Shown here one piece after another: positions 1 through 10,716 of a stretch of 64,000 bases of DNA. A model generated the notes under the pieces. It worked only from the letters and a program-made list of their open reading frames with translations. It had not been told where the DNA came from and ran no database searches. Made by a program: the position numbers and the translations under genes. Origin of the DNA: Eremomyces bilateralis CBS 781.70 (taxonomy: Eukaryota); assembly GCA_010015585.1 (NCBI GenBank), contig ML975149.1. One strand, 5' to 3'. Every line of letters begins with the position of its first letter. The stretch's first letter is position 1.

Positions 1-54
1 CCCGGGGTGGGCGTGGTACCCGGGGTGGGCGTGGTGCCTGGGTTGGAATGGGGA
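1..54. repeat. Degenerate 18-bp tandem repeat (cccggggtgggcgtggta), about 3 copies, truncated by the window edge
   Basis: cccggggtgggcgtggta / cccggggtgggcgtggtg / cctgggttggaatgggga read directly; may be a Pro-rich coding repeat on the minus strand. Confidence 0.7.
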
Positions 55-471
55 CTGGAGACGTGCCTGGGGATACACGGAGGACCTCAGGAGGGGCGAT
101 ATTTATGACGCTCGATCTCTGATTAGTATCTACTCTTTTTTTGCCTGTTTTGCGCGAATCTCACGTCTTGATGTCGATATCTTGGTGGTGGCAGGAATCC
201 CTCTAGAAATATACGCTAAACCATTTATGGATACGTGTAGGTCTAGCAATACGGGACGTGTAGGCGGAGCAAACGTTACGTGTAGACATAGCCTTACCCA
301 AAATTTGAAGAGCTCCAAAGTACTCAACCAAAGGTTGCACTAATTAGTACGGGGTGTCTTGGTACGAGAATGAAAGCGCTGAGGGAAAATAACTTTTAAA
401 ACCCCCCCTAACTAGAAGCCTGAGAATTCCCAGGACGCTTTACCAGCATCTTTAGTTATTGGGAGATTGGA

Positions 472-1437
472 CTTCGAATTATAGCTTGCTGGATTGCAAG
501 GTCGCCGCAGCGGAAGCTGCAGTGGAAACTTCTCTGTCAGACCCATCGATTGAATGACAAGTTCATCGAGTACGACGTCGATACGCGTTGGAATTCGACC
601 CGACGAATGCTGAGAGATGGACTGGGTGCAAAGCAACAGATTCAAAAGTGGACCGACCATGAAAAACGTCTTCCACCTTTTACGATCGAAGATTGGGATT
701 TTCTTGAGCAAATTGAGAGCATCCTTGCAAAGTTTGACGAGTGTACTCTGGTTGTTTCGGAGCGTCCGCCGCGGATCAGTTTGGCGATATCGATCTACTA
801 TAAGCTGCACGACATTTTACATGATGTCGCTTCTAGAGAAGGAGAGTTTTCAGGTCTTCATCCGGATATTGTGGCAGCTATGTCCCCAGATCTACAGAAG
901 TTCCAGGAGTATTGTGATCTCATGGATGGGCAGGATACGTACTCGGTCGCTCAAGTGCTTGATCGGCGGTTCAAAACACTACTACTTGAAAATGAGTTAG
1001 GAGAAGCAACGGCTTAGGATGTAGTTAAGAACATAGAAGGCTTGTTACATGAGTAATATTCATCAACAGCAGAGCAGCCCGTATCCGCTGAGGGTAATAG
1101 AAGGAAGGCAAAGAGTGTTGAAGCTCGAGTGTTACAGAAGTTGCAACCACAAAAGCAATGCTTGTCTGATATCGATCGGTACTTTCAAGATGGAGCTGTG
1201 ATAGTGGATAACTCGACGACGAAAGAGAAGGACTGGTTGCTCTCTTGGTGGAGGTCTCATTACCATGAGTACCCACGTATGGCTGCAGCTGCCAGAGATT
1301 ATTTGGCTATACCAGCCTCTGGGGTATCAGTCGAAAGACTGTTAAGTGGGGGAAGAGATCTCTTGGGAGTGCGGAGGAGCTCAATGAGTGCAGAGACTAT
1401 GAGGCGTCTGATGATGCTGCAAGATACATGGAAATAG
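472..1437 (+). mobile_element. Degenerate hAT-superfamily DNA transposase (C-terminal part)
   Basis: One frame gives LRIIACWIARSPQRK..DVDTRWNST.. and the hAT dimerisation region WWRS..EYPRMAAAARDYLAIPASGVSVERLLS. In-frame stops TAG 1015-1017 and TAA 1054-1056. N-terminus and TIRs not found. Confidence 0.9.
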
Positions 1438-1643
1438 CTTCAGATATATAGGAATAATTAGCATGAATTGGAATTGTTACAGTAGTAAAAGCAGGATAAA
1501 TTTCAAATTACCTTCCTAAACGCCTTGCGGTGACAATTTAGAACCCTTATAATCCCATTGACAAAGGAAACATTTAGCGAACAGCTGTATCAACGTTGGA
1601 AATTCGGTCTAAAGGGTTAGTAGAGTGTCATGAACGATGTAGT

Positions 1644-2387
1644 TCAAAGCAACTTCTTCAGCCACCTGGTGAACTTACGACGAATCGACTGCTTCTTCGG
1701 CTTCGTCCGTGGGTTCTTCTGCACGAAGTTCTGATTCGCGATGTGCCGCGCTCTTTCCGCCGCACGATGCCGGGCAATCGACTGCCTCCAAAGTCTCTTC
1801 GCCCGAGGGTCGTTGATCTCGTAGACCGAGCCCGTATCAGAAACAGACGAGGAAGAGTCGGAGGAGAATGCAGATGTAACGCCGCCGGGAGTGCTGCGAA
1901 TATATCGGTAGTCGGCAGCGTAATCGTGACGCGCGGGAGTCCGAAGCGGTAGGCGGGGTGGAGCTCGCCGAACGGTTCGATAACGGGTCTCGGTTCGCGG
2001 CTTGGATCTGGTAGCGGGATTGCGGGTCGGGGTGGCGCCAGTTGCCCTGGACGACCGGGAGTAGTACCAAGGGCTCACAGGGCGTCGACGCTCGTAGTAT
2101 TCGGCCTTCATGGTCGTGTACGGTTGCTGAAGCTGCTGACGCTGCTGAAGCTGCTTGGGCTTCAGGTCCTGTTTTACCTTCCAATAAGGGGTTGGGGGAA
2201 CTAGATGGGTGCGGTTAACATTAGGAGGAGCAGCAGCAGAATAACCAACAGGATGCGGCTCGTCACAGTGAGGACCAGACACAACTATCTCCGGGATAGG
2301 TGGTGTCGGGGCCTTATTGAGATCGGAGGGGCTCTTACGCATGGTCTTGTGGGATCTGCGCTCAACATTCGACGAACAGTTTCCCAT
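1644..2387 (-). CDS. Hypothetical 247-aa protein with N-terminal MGNCSS lipidation-type motif
   Basis: Uninterrupted ATG ORF; Gly2/Cys4/Ser6; Q-rich and Ser-rich tracts; basic C-terminus; CT-rich leader upstream. Confidence 0.6.
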   Translation of the reverse strand: MGNCSSNVERRSHKTMRKSPSDLNKAPTPPIPEIVVSGPHCDEPHPVGYSAAAPPNVNRTHLVPPTPYWKVKQDLKPKQLQQRQQLQQPYTTMKAEYYERRRPVSPWYYSRSSRATGATPTRNPATRSKPRTETRYRTVRRAPPRLPLRTPARHDYAADYRYIRSTPGGVTSAFSSDSSSSVSDTGSVYEINDPRAKRLWRQSIARHRAAERARHIANQNFVQKNPRTKPKKQSIRRKFTRWLKKLL

Positions 2388-4001
2388 TTAGCACGAAGAG
2401 TTCATCGAAGTGTTGAGCCTGCTTGGGTTCTGAGGAAAGAAGAAAGCTGGTAGAGATGGAAGGGCTCAGAGATATATATATATGGTAGAGAAGAGAAAAT
2501 ATATACAAAGACATTGTGATCGGTACCAGACAAAGCAACAAAGGCAAGCACAGCGTATTGATACACTCATTGGGCGGTGTTACAAAGCAGAGCATGCGAG
2601 TCAGCGGTTCTAGCGAAGGTGATGAGATTCAGTTTTCGTGATATCTAGTTGAATCAGTGATCATTTGCCAGATCGCCTGCCTCGTCAACACGATGATCGA
2701 GCGGTGTAGAGAGGCTTAGGTAGTAACGCCTTTGTGTTAGCTCTGCTGTTATCGCATTGTCTCTCGCTAGGTGCTCATCAACACTGCTGCTTAGGAGGCT
2801 GGTATCGAACCCAGGGATGGCGATGACATACTTACCTACAATTATGTAAAAGCCATATCCGTTCAGCGATCTGCTTTGAAGTTCCTTCCTGTAGTTTCGG
2901 GCACATGATCGCATCCTCTTTTCTTGCTGAAGTGGAATAAGACTTCATATGCTCCCACGGGGACAGCTGGCCAAGGGGGTGAATGTCAATGATGCTGGCC
3001 AGATAGGATTGATATGTTGATGAGACGGTGTAGACATCATCAGTAGAGCGGGGGAAATCTAGTAAGCTGATGCTTGAACAATAAATTGGATATATATGGA
3101 AGGCGAATCTTTAATGAATAGTACTGTGTAACACAAGTTCGTAACATACCATCAAACAAAGGCTGGTTATATGGTGCAAAGATGCAGGCGTATGAAGCCA
3201 GGCATCGGCAGTATGCAGACCCTGGATCCTCAACAAAAACTGCGGTTGATAGAATAATGGATAGTAGCATTGACAAAGAAGATCTAAAAAATTCAAACCT
3301 ATACAACCTCATAAGACTAAATTGAGACGTAGCATACGCTTGACAGGTAGTACAGACAATGGGTCGAGATATTATTTCAGGGTGGTCTTCCAGTGCTGCT
3401 AAATGAACAGATTACTAACTAAGTTGAACGCTATGAAAGGCATCTTCTGACTTCTGTAGTTTAACGTTGTTCGACTTGAAATCTCCGGTCTCTGGAGATA
3501 AACTTGGATCTGTCGTATGTGAACGGGATGAGAATTGGTTGATGAAAGAATGTCACCGACCACCATAAGGAGTCAAGGAAGGCAGTGACGTCAAAATTAG
3601 GCCCATCAGGGACGCCGCCTGCGTGACCGACGGTTTGAGGGGCGTTCTTGTTGTTAAGTCCGTGCTGCGCCATATGTATTGAAAGTTTGAAAGTTGAAAC
3701 TAGCTGAAAGTTGAACAGCCAAACTAATAAATTACTAAGGCTTACTAAGCACTGCGGAGTGCGGGCTGCTGGAGGCCTGGAGGGCGGAGGCTGGAGCACC
3801 CTGGTGGCCGCATGCGGTGGCCGGGCCAATTATCTCCGCTGGGTAACGTTAATATGCCTTTGCATCACAGCATTTAATATTGCCTCATTCCTGTCCATTG
3901 AAAGGCTCAGTGCAATTCAACCGAAAGAGAATAACCAGACACTTGTGATTGAAATTCCACGCCATTCAGGATCACCCCAAGCAGTCCAACCACTCGACAC
4001 C

Positions 4002-4758
4002 ATGACGACCACAGTTCTCGCAGGAAGCACAGGGCTGGTCGTATGCATATTTCCACCAGTAACCCCTCCGTCAATAGAATACGCACTAACTTCCATCTTC
4101 TCAGGGCTCCTTCATCCTTGATACTCTCACCAGCCTCCCCGCCATCAAGCAAATCTATGCCTACACCCGCCGCGACCTCCCCACCTCATCCCCCAACGTC
4201 ACTTCCCTCACCTCCAGCGACCCCTCCACCTGGCCCTCCTCCTTCCCTACCACCCCCGTCCCCCAACTCTTCCTCTCTGGCCTCGGCACCACCCGCGCCG
4301 CTGCCGGCAGTCTCGAGAACCAGCGAAAAATCGACCTGGACCTGAACCTCGCGCTCGCGAAGGCGGCGAAGGCCGCGGGGGTGGACACGTATGTGCTGAT
4401 TTCGTCGACTGGGGCGAACGCGAGCTCGCGGTTTCCTTACATAAAGATGAAGGGGGAGTTGGAGGAGGCGGTGATGGGGTTGGGGTTTAAGCATGTGGTG
4501 TTGGTAAAGCCGGGGATGATTCTGGGGGACCGGAAGGAGACGCGGGTGGTGGAGTGGGTGATCCGGACGTTCGGGAGGGGGTTGGGGAGCGTGAGTACGG
4601 CGTTGACGGATTCGTGGGCGGCGGAGGCGAGGGTGATTGGAAGGGCGGCGGTGAGGGCTGGGTTGGATTGTGTGGAGGGGAAGAGGGAGGAGGGGGTGTG
4701 GGAGTTGGGGCAGAGTGATATTATCAGGTTGGGGAGGACGGAGTGGAAGGAGACGTAG
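4002..4758 (+). CDS. FMP52: NAD(P)-binding Rossmann protein, FMP52/TIP30-like
   Basis: MTTTVLAGSTGLV|GSFIL (intron 4041-4104, GTATGC..CTAAC..CAG); LGTTRAAAGSLENQRKIDLDLN; YIKMKGELE; KPGMILGDR. Confidence 0.88.
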
Positions 4759-5069
4759 TTGGAGGATGTTTCGAAATGGTCGGGGGACGTGAACGATGAT
4801 TCGAGCTCAACCGGAGACTGTAGGACTGTACGATTTGATTTTAGGTCGTTGGTGCAATAATGTAGCTCATGCCACAATCATAATGCTTAATAAAATGTAC
4901 GATATAAACAACGCTTCAAGGTACTATATACAATCATCCCTGAACGAACGCTAGACACCCGTGATGTCCACAAATCCAAGTGCATGCGTAAGATCGTCAG
5001 AAGTTCGTGGCCCAGATGGCCTATATACTCTAGTATGTCTATTCCAGACTCAGAACCTAGTCGCTGAGT

Positions 5070-6938
5070 TCAGGAGTTAGCCAGAAGCTCGTCGTTTTCC
5101 CTGTAATCGTCATCATGATACTCTTCTTGCTCGGGGAGATACACTACACATATTCAATTAGTCCCATGTATTTCATCATTCAGGATACTCAAGACTCACC
5201 GTTCGGTCTGATGAATAAAGCGCACGCGAACGCCAAAAAGAACGTCGCGGTCAGACATATAAACACCGTTGGAGAATACTTCCCCACCGTTGCACTATAG
5301 ATGCCGTTGAAGATCGTCGGACTGATCACTCTTGCCAGAGCATGCAACAGTCCCAGCGCTCCAAGCAATTGCCCCGTCTTATCTGGTGGGACATGCTTCG
5401 TCAAGACGCTCTGCAACGTCGGCGCCCCCATACCGCCAAAGCTCGCGACGATGCCGCTGAGGGTGAACAGCTTCCCATCCCTGGCAAAGCTGTATCCCAG
5501 AAATCCTAGGGTGTCAATCATGACCGCCACACGGATGATGTTCAATTCGAAAGTGTCCGAACCACTCCGCGACACGTGGGTAGTGCCCGTGAGCCACCTG
5601 CGGCCGTAGCCGTTGAGCAGTGGAAGGATGACGAGCAACCCGAAGACGCGGCAGGTGTTGACGATGGAGATGAACAAGGACTGCGTGTATGTGTCCCAGC
5701 CGAACATGAAGTTGCTATAAATGACGATGATCTGGAAGGCTCCCATGGCGACGCCGAACCCAAGGGTATCAACGGCGGCAAGCACGAGGAGGTTGCTACG
5801 GAGCGCGGAAGAGGATCCGGGGCCAGTTGGGTAGAGGATGCGGAGGGGTTCGAAGAAGTTGGCGGGGCGGAGGGAGGAGAGAAAGGAGGGAGGCCCGGAG
5901 GCGAGGTGTTTGACGCGGTATTTTTCCCGCGCGAGCAGCTGGCGGGATTTGCTGAGGGACTCGGGGATAACGAAGGCGAGTAAGGCGATGAAGAGAATGT
6001 GTGCCGCGATGCCGTAGTAGAAGACCGGCAGGACGGTCCCGGTCTTCTTGACGATGTAGCCTGCAACGATGGGTCCGATAGCAATTCCCGTGAAAAGGCA
6101 GCCATGGAAGTATCCAAACGCCACGTTCCGCTTCGATGGAGGCGTACAGTCCGTTGCATACGAATGCGCAAGAGCCATGGACGTGATGAACGAGCCGCAC
6201 ATTCCATCGAAGACGAACCCAACTAGAATCCAATATACGGAGATGATATCGGGATATTTGGCGGCAAATATAGTAATAATCTCGCCGCTGAACATCCCGA
6301 AGTTCGTGAGCACGATGATCAGCTTCCGCCCGTATCGGTCGGACAGTGCGCCCAGTTTCGGGCTCACAAGAGCTGCGAGGAGGCCCGAGATAACGGTTCC
6401 TGCAAGGTTGAATTGTGCAACACGCGATTGCACCCCCGCGTCACGGCACTGCTCGTTCTCTTCTCCAAAGACGACCGGGAGGTATGTGAAGGTAGGGTCG
6501 GCCAACGCTTGGTCGGCGAAATATTCTCGACAGATCAGGGTAAGGATGAGGTTCAATTTCGGGACCATGACACCGCCAAATGCCATCGTGGATAGGAGGT
6601 ATGGAGGAAGCATCCAGAATATCTGCAGCGGTCAACGTCTATGCGTTTGATCTGTTGGATCGTATACTCACGGATGGTTTCTTGTACCATGGCAAGCCAT
6701 CGAAATCTCCGCGCTCTTCAGACTCTTCCCCCAGCAGTGTTGTAGAAGTCGTTTTCCTTATCAGAGGCGTCTCCTCGTCTGTATCCTGCACCTGTTTGGA
6801 ACCCATGACTCCTCCCTCGGCCGCCGGAACAATGTCCTCTTCTTGCAGCGTGATATCGCCGGTACTTCCACTTCGAGTATTGGATGCGCCGACCACCTCG
6901 TCGGCGCCCAGCCATGCTGGCTGTCGTTCGGCGCTCAT
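5070..6938 (-). CDS. MFS transporter (tetracycline-efflux / SLC46 / YJL163C-like)
   Basis: About 12 TM segments; motif A GALSDRYGRK; N-terminal EETPLI sorting motif; introns 6623-6671 and ~5144-5200; last exon ends ..ELLANS*. Confidence 0.9.
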
Positions 6939-6980
6939 CTTGTCCCTGTGTCGTCCAGTCTGGTGGACTTGGACCCTTCG

Positions 6981-7013
6981 ATCTGATAACTGATCTGATA
7001 ATTGATCAGATAT
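6981..7013 (+). promoter_or_regulatory. Triple tandem ATCWGATAW (SreA/Fep1-type iron-responsive GATA boxes)
   Basis: ATCTGATAA 6981-6989, ATCTGATAA 6993-7001 and ATCAGATAT 7005-7013, 12-bp period, 43-75 nt upstream of the MFS ATG. Confidence 0.6.
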
Positions 7014-8306
7014 CTTGCGAGATGGACCCGTAAATTGTCCTAGTGGGCCGAGACTGCGACCGCGGAAGCACACGTCGGCCACTAAAGAATGCGAGAGTGG
7101 AGAACGAATGAACCAATTCGAGCCGGTTGTTGCAACATCGCGATGAATCGCTAGTGACTATTACAGAGCAACTCTGTCCAGAGACCACGGCCTAGGAAAA
7201 ATGGGAAAATGAAGATACAAGAGAGTGTAGGGGGTAGATAGCTAGATATCGTATCCAAGGTGCTTCGAAACAGGGACGTGACGTGACCGTACAGCGAGGC
7301 TTCAGCCGCCAGGGCTGGCATTCAGATTGTCCCGCGGTGTATCTTGAGGGGAGATAACGTCAAGGGGGGTATTGGTAATCCATGTTGGACGGCAATTTAT
7401 ATGCCGACATCAGGATCTCTGATCTCGGCCACATCATCCACAAGGGCTTGATTCGCTGTCTCGAATCTCGATGACCCAGGCTTTAATTACCATAGCATGC
7501 ATGATGCGGCCAAATGATGCGATTAGGTGTGCGACATTGCGACTTCGTCCATAGTCGTGAAATTCCCTTCAACGGCTCGGAACAAATATGCACATTGACT
7601 GTTTCGCAATTCTCATGAACTCCGTGACTCCATCCATCAAGTTCACATCTTGCAGAGGTAACTAGTATCTTCAGCTACTCAGAGGAGGGGTTTCAAATCG
7701 CGTCGAACAAAATGTACATTTTCCTATTTTTGAGCCTATCTGCTGCCACCAGCCATTTACAGAGTCCTCATTCTTCCAAGTCGCTGGAAATTCTCCGCAA
7801 CGTGGCAAGCCACCAGCTACGTGTCCTCCAGGAAACAATGCAATTCAGCTTTCGAGTATTCATTTCAATCAGAAAGGAGAGTGCACATTGGTTATATCGT
7901 TACTCCAGGACAACCTTGGAGCCGGAGGTGCTATGGTGCCATGTCCGGAGGAGACCCATATTGTCGGCAGTCTCGACGTATTCTATTATCTTCAGGAGCT
8001 TGTTCTTGAACAACAACGAAAAGGTCAATGATGAATCGTCCAACCGAACGCGTATGAAATCAATATTAGTTTCGCAGAACTGCTTTGTCTAATAACACTG
8101 CATTCCTCTGCCGGTCACTACCCGCGTCACTTTCTTTGATCAGTCTACTATGAAGTCGTCTTGTCCCTCGAGTCTCTGCTTCATCATGGGTCTAATTAAT
8201 GTTCCGTACGTTATGAACTCGTCGCCAGTGTCGTCCAGTATTTTTCTTCAAGCATCCGTTCTATTGATAGCAGGTCCTATTGTGACTTGGCCACTCGAAG
8301 TTAGCC

Positions 8307-9741
8307 ATGGCGACAGGCACCCAGTATGATAACACTATAAACGTGGATGAATTGTTGTTGCCAGCTACCCAAAAAGAGAAGGATGGATGGACTGGATGGG
8401 TCAAATTACAAGGTGAACCGGTGAGTGCTTCACAGAGGAACATTAGACATCAGTGTTCAAAGTCCGACCACTAATTCATCATTGAAAAGTGGGCGTTCAA
8501 CGCGTTGATGAGGCACTTCGGCCTTGCCAACCTTCGGTGGATACAGGCAACAGCTCTGGATTATAACGGCTTTATAGACTCCCAGGCGTGAGTTGGGGTC
8601 GTTCTCTACAAAGTTGTTGGGATGCTGACAAAGCGGTAGCCTCCCCGATGGCACCAGACTATACGCCATGATTGTCGTCGGACGCCCCTACTGGGCACTA
8701 GATAAAGGGCAGCGACCCTACCATCGACCAGGAATCTGGTTTGCGAATCAACTAATCACAGATGCATGCGGGACCATCGCGTTGATGAAAGTCCTCGGCA
8801 ACCTTCCTGATGGATTGATCGATAGCGAGCAAATGGCGGAGTTTTTCGCCACTACCGAAAGCCATAATCAAGTTCAACGAGGGGAAGACATCACCGGATT
8901 TGAGGATTTGAGAAGCGCTCACAACGCGTGCGCGAGGAAGATGGAAATGTTCATGCAAGACGCCAAAGTCATCACAGGCTACACCCCAAACGCCCGCAAG
9001 GGGCGACCAGGGCCAAAATCTCTTGGGGAAACTTCAAACGTACCACCAGGTGAAATTAATCTCACCCAGGGCACGCTTGAACATTTTGTTGCATATTCAC
9101 CTATCGGGAACCAGTTGTGGTATTTGAACGGCCTGGATGAGTGGCCCAGATAGCTCCACGACTACGAAGAACTCCCCTTAAACTGGTTAGACTGGGCGTC
9201 GGAGGATTTGGCCGACTTGTTTGAGCCAGACGGCGCTGCGCATGCTATGCTTGTCCTAGTGGAGGATACACAGGTAAATACTTTGGAAAGTTGTATTGCG
9301 GCGATCCGGGCTATCGAGCGACGTTTGGACGAAATTTATCTAGCGCACCCCAAGGTAAAGGACGAGGCCTGGCGAAACCTAGTCGCGCGAAACCTATTCG
9401 TTCTTATGCCCGTCGATGGGGAAGAACCATACTTCATAGGGCCACCACCTAGATACTATGGGGTCACACAAGGTCTAATCGATGCAAGCCCGCCGATACC
9501 AGAATACCAATTGCCCGCACAAGACCAGAATCCGGGTGGGGAAGTCGATAGGCTGATTACCCTCTTTGATGCCATCGCACAGCACCAGGTAAACATTCTT
9601 CCTGGGATTCGCGACAGGCACCAGTCAGGCGACACAGCAAGGAACATGTTCTATTATCAGTACGTTATTCTCAAATGGTTGAAAATGTTACATATCAATG
9701 GCAGATTGGACGAGGTACAGAAGGCGGCACAAGGAAATTAG
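8307..9741 (+). pseudogene. Divergent UCH37/BAP1-like ubiquitin C-terminal hydrolase (peptidase C12) with an in-frame stop
   Basis: Exons 8307-8420, 8490-8587 and 8640-9741 splice in frame; WTGWVKLQGEP|WAFNALMRHFG, WFANQLITDACGTIAL, EHFVAYSPIGNQLWYLNGL; TAG at 9151-9153 with the frame continuing to 9741. Confidence 0.8.
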
Positions 9742-10061
9742 GAAAGTAGTGGATAGGCAAGATCCAGTCATAAGATAACCGTCCGCATGTACCGAATATA
9801 GAACCGCAATAAGGTCTATTTAGAAACTCTGGTTTAAGAATAGAAGCGTAGAATTCGTTCTCCGTACGCATCACTATAAATACTATACCCCTAAACTAAC
9901 GATTTATTGTGACATATCTACGGAGTAGGTAACTACCATATTTCTGAGATTCGCTACTCCTGCTGGCACTTCAACCTTCATGAACCTCTAGAATTTCGTA
10001 TCCTCTGGATAGTTGAATCAGAAATGGTAAAAAGATATCCCGCCCAAAAAAAAAAATATAT

Positions 10062-10160
10062 CGACACGGACAGGATTTGAACCTGCGCACGCGAACGTAT
10101 CAGATAGCTCAAACAAATTTTGGTTCAAGTCTGACTCCTTAACCACTCGGACACCGTGTC
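10062..10160 (-). tRNA. tRNA-Ser(UGA) with ~18-nt intron
   Basis: GACACGG acceptor stem; TGTCCGAGTGGTTAAGG A-box; TCAGA-CT-TGA-A anticodon arm; intron; long variable arm; GGTTCAAATCC B-box; downstream T-run (A-run 10046-10056 on +). Confidence 0.95.
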
Positions 10161-10716
10161 ATGTAGATAGAGAATTACTTTTCAATGGCGGAAAGAGATA
10201 TATAAAGTAAATTAGAATTTACCGATTACGGAAATCTATATTGAATTTTCTCTCATGCTTCGTTCGCATTTCATTTCATGGTCACGGCACGTCACGTGGG
10301 CAAGGGTAATTGAATGAATTATTGACGAGTCTTGATGACTAGATCACAGACCCTGATGGTCTGCAAAGCCAACCAGCTAACCTAGCCTAAAGAAAGGACA
10401 ACACATGAAGCCCATCATAACCACCACGCAGAAAAAACGAACCGCAAATTCAAACTCCTCCCACATGGTTTACAAACGCCTGGATGTCCATGCCACACCC
10501 CTAATGGATCGCAGAGGCGCCCGATGAAGAGAGAGAAAAAAATCACACCACAATCCTAGGCCTGCATCAGCACCAGTGTTTCCCGAATGCCTCGACTTTC
10601 CAACGGATCTATCGACAAATAGCCGGGATAATATGCCGTTCCACCGCTCTGATGTTCAGGATACCTCTAGAAAAGCTCTATGCACCCCGGCTGACTCTTT
10701 TGCCTTCCGCGCCCAC

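Noticed and set aside
1..54. CRISPR or telomere interpretation of the G-rich repeat
   Set aside because: No spacers, eukaryotic context, not a TTAGGG array
7712..8092. 126-aa ORF with hydrophobic N-terminus
   Set aside because: No motifs or coding-like bias; sits in a divergent promoter region
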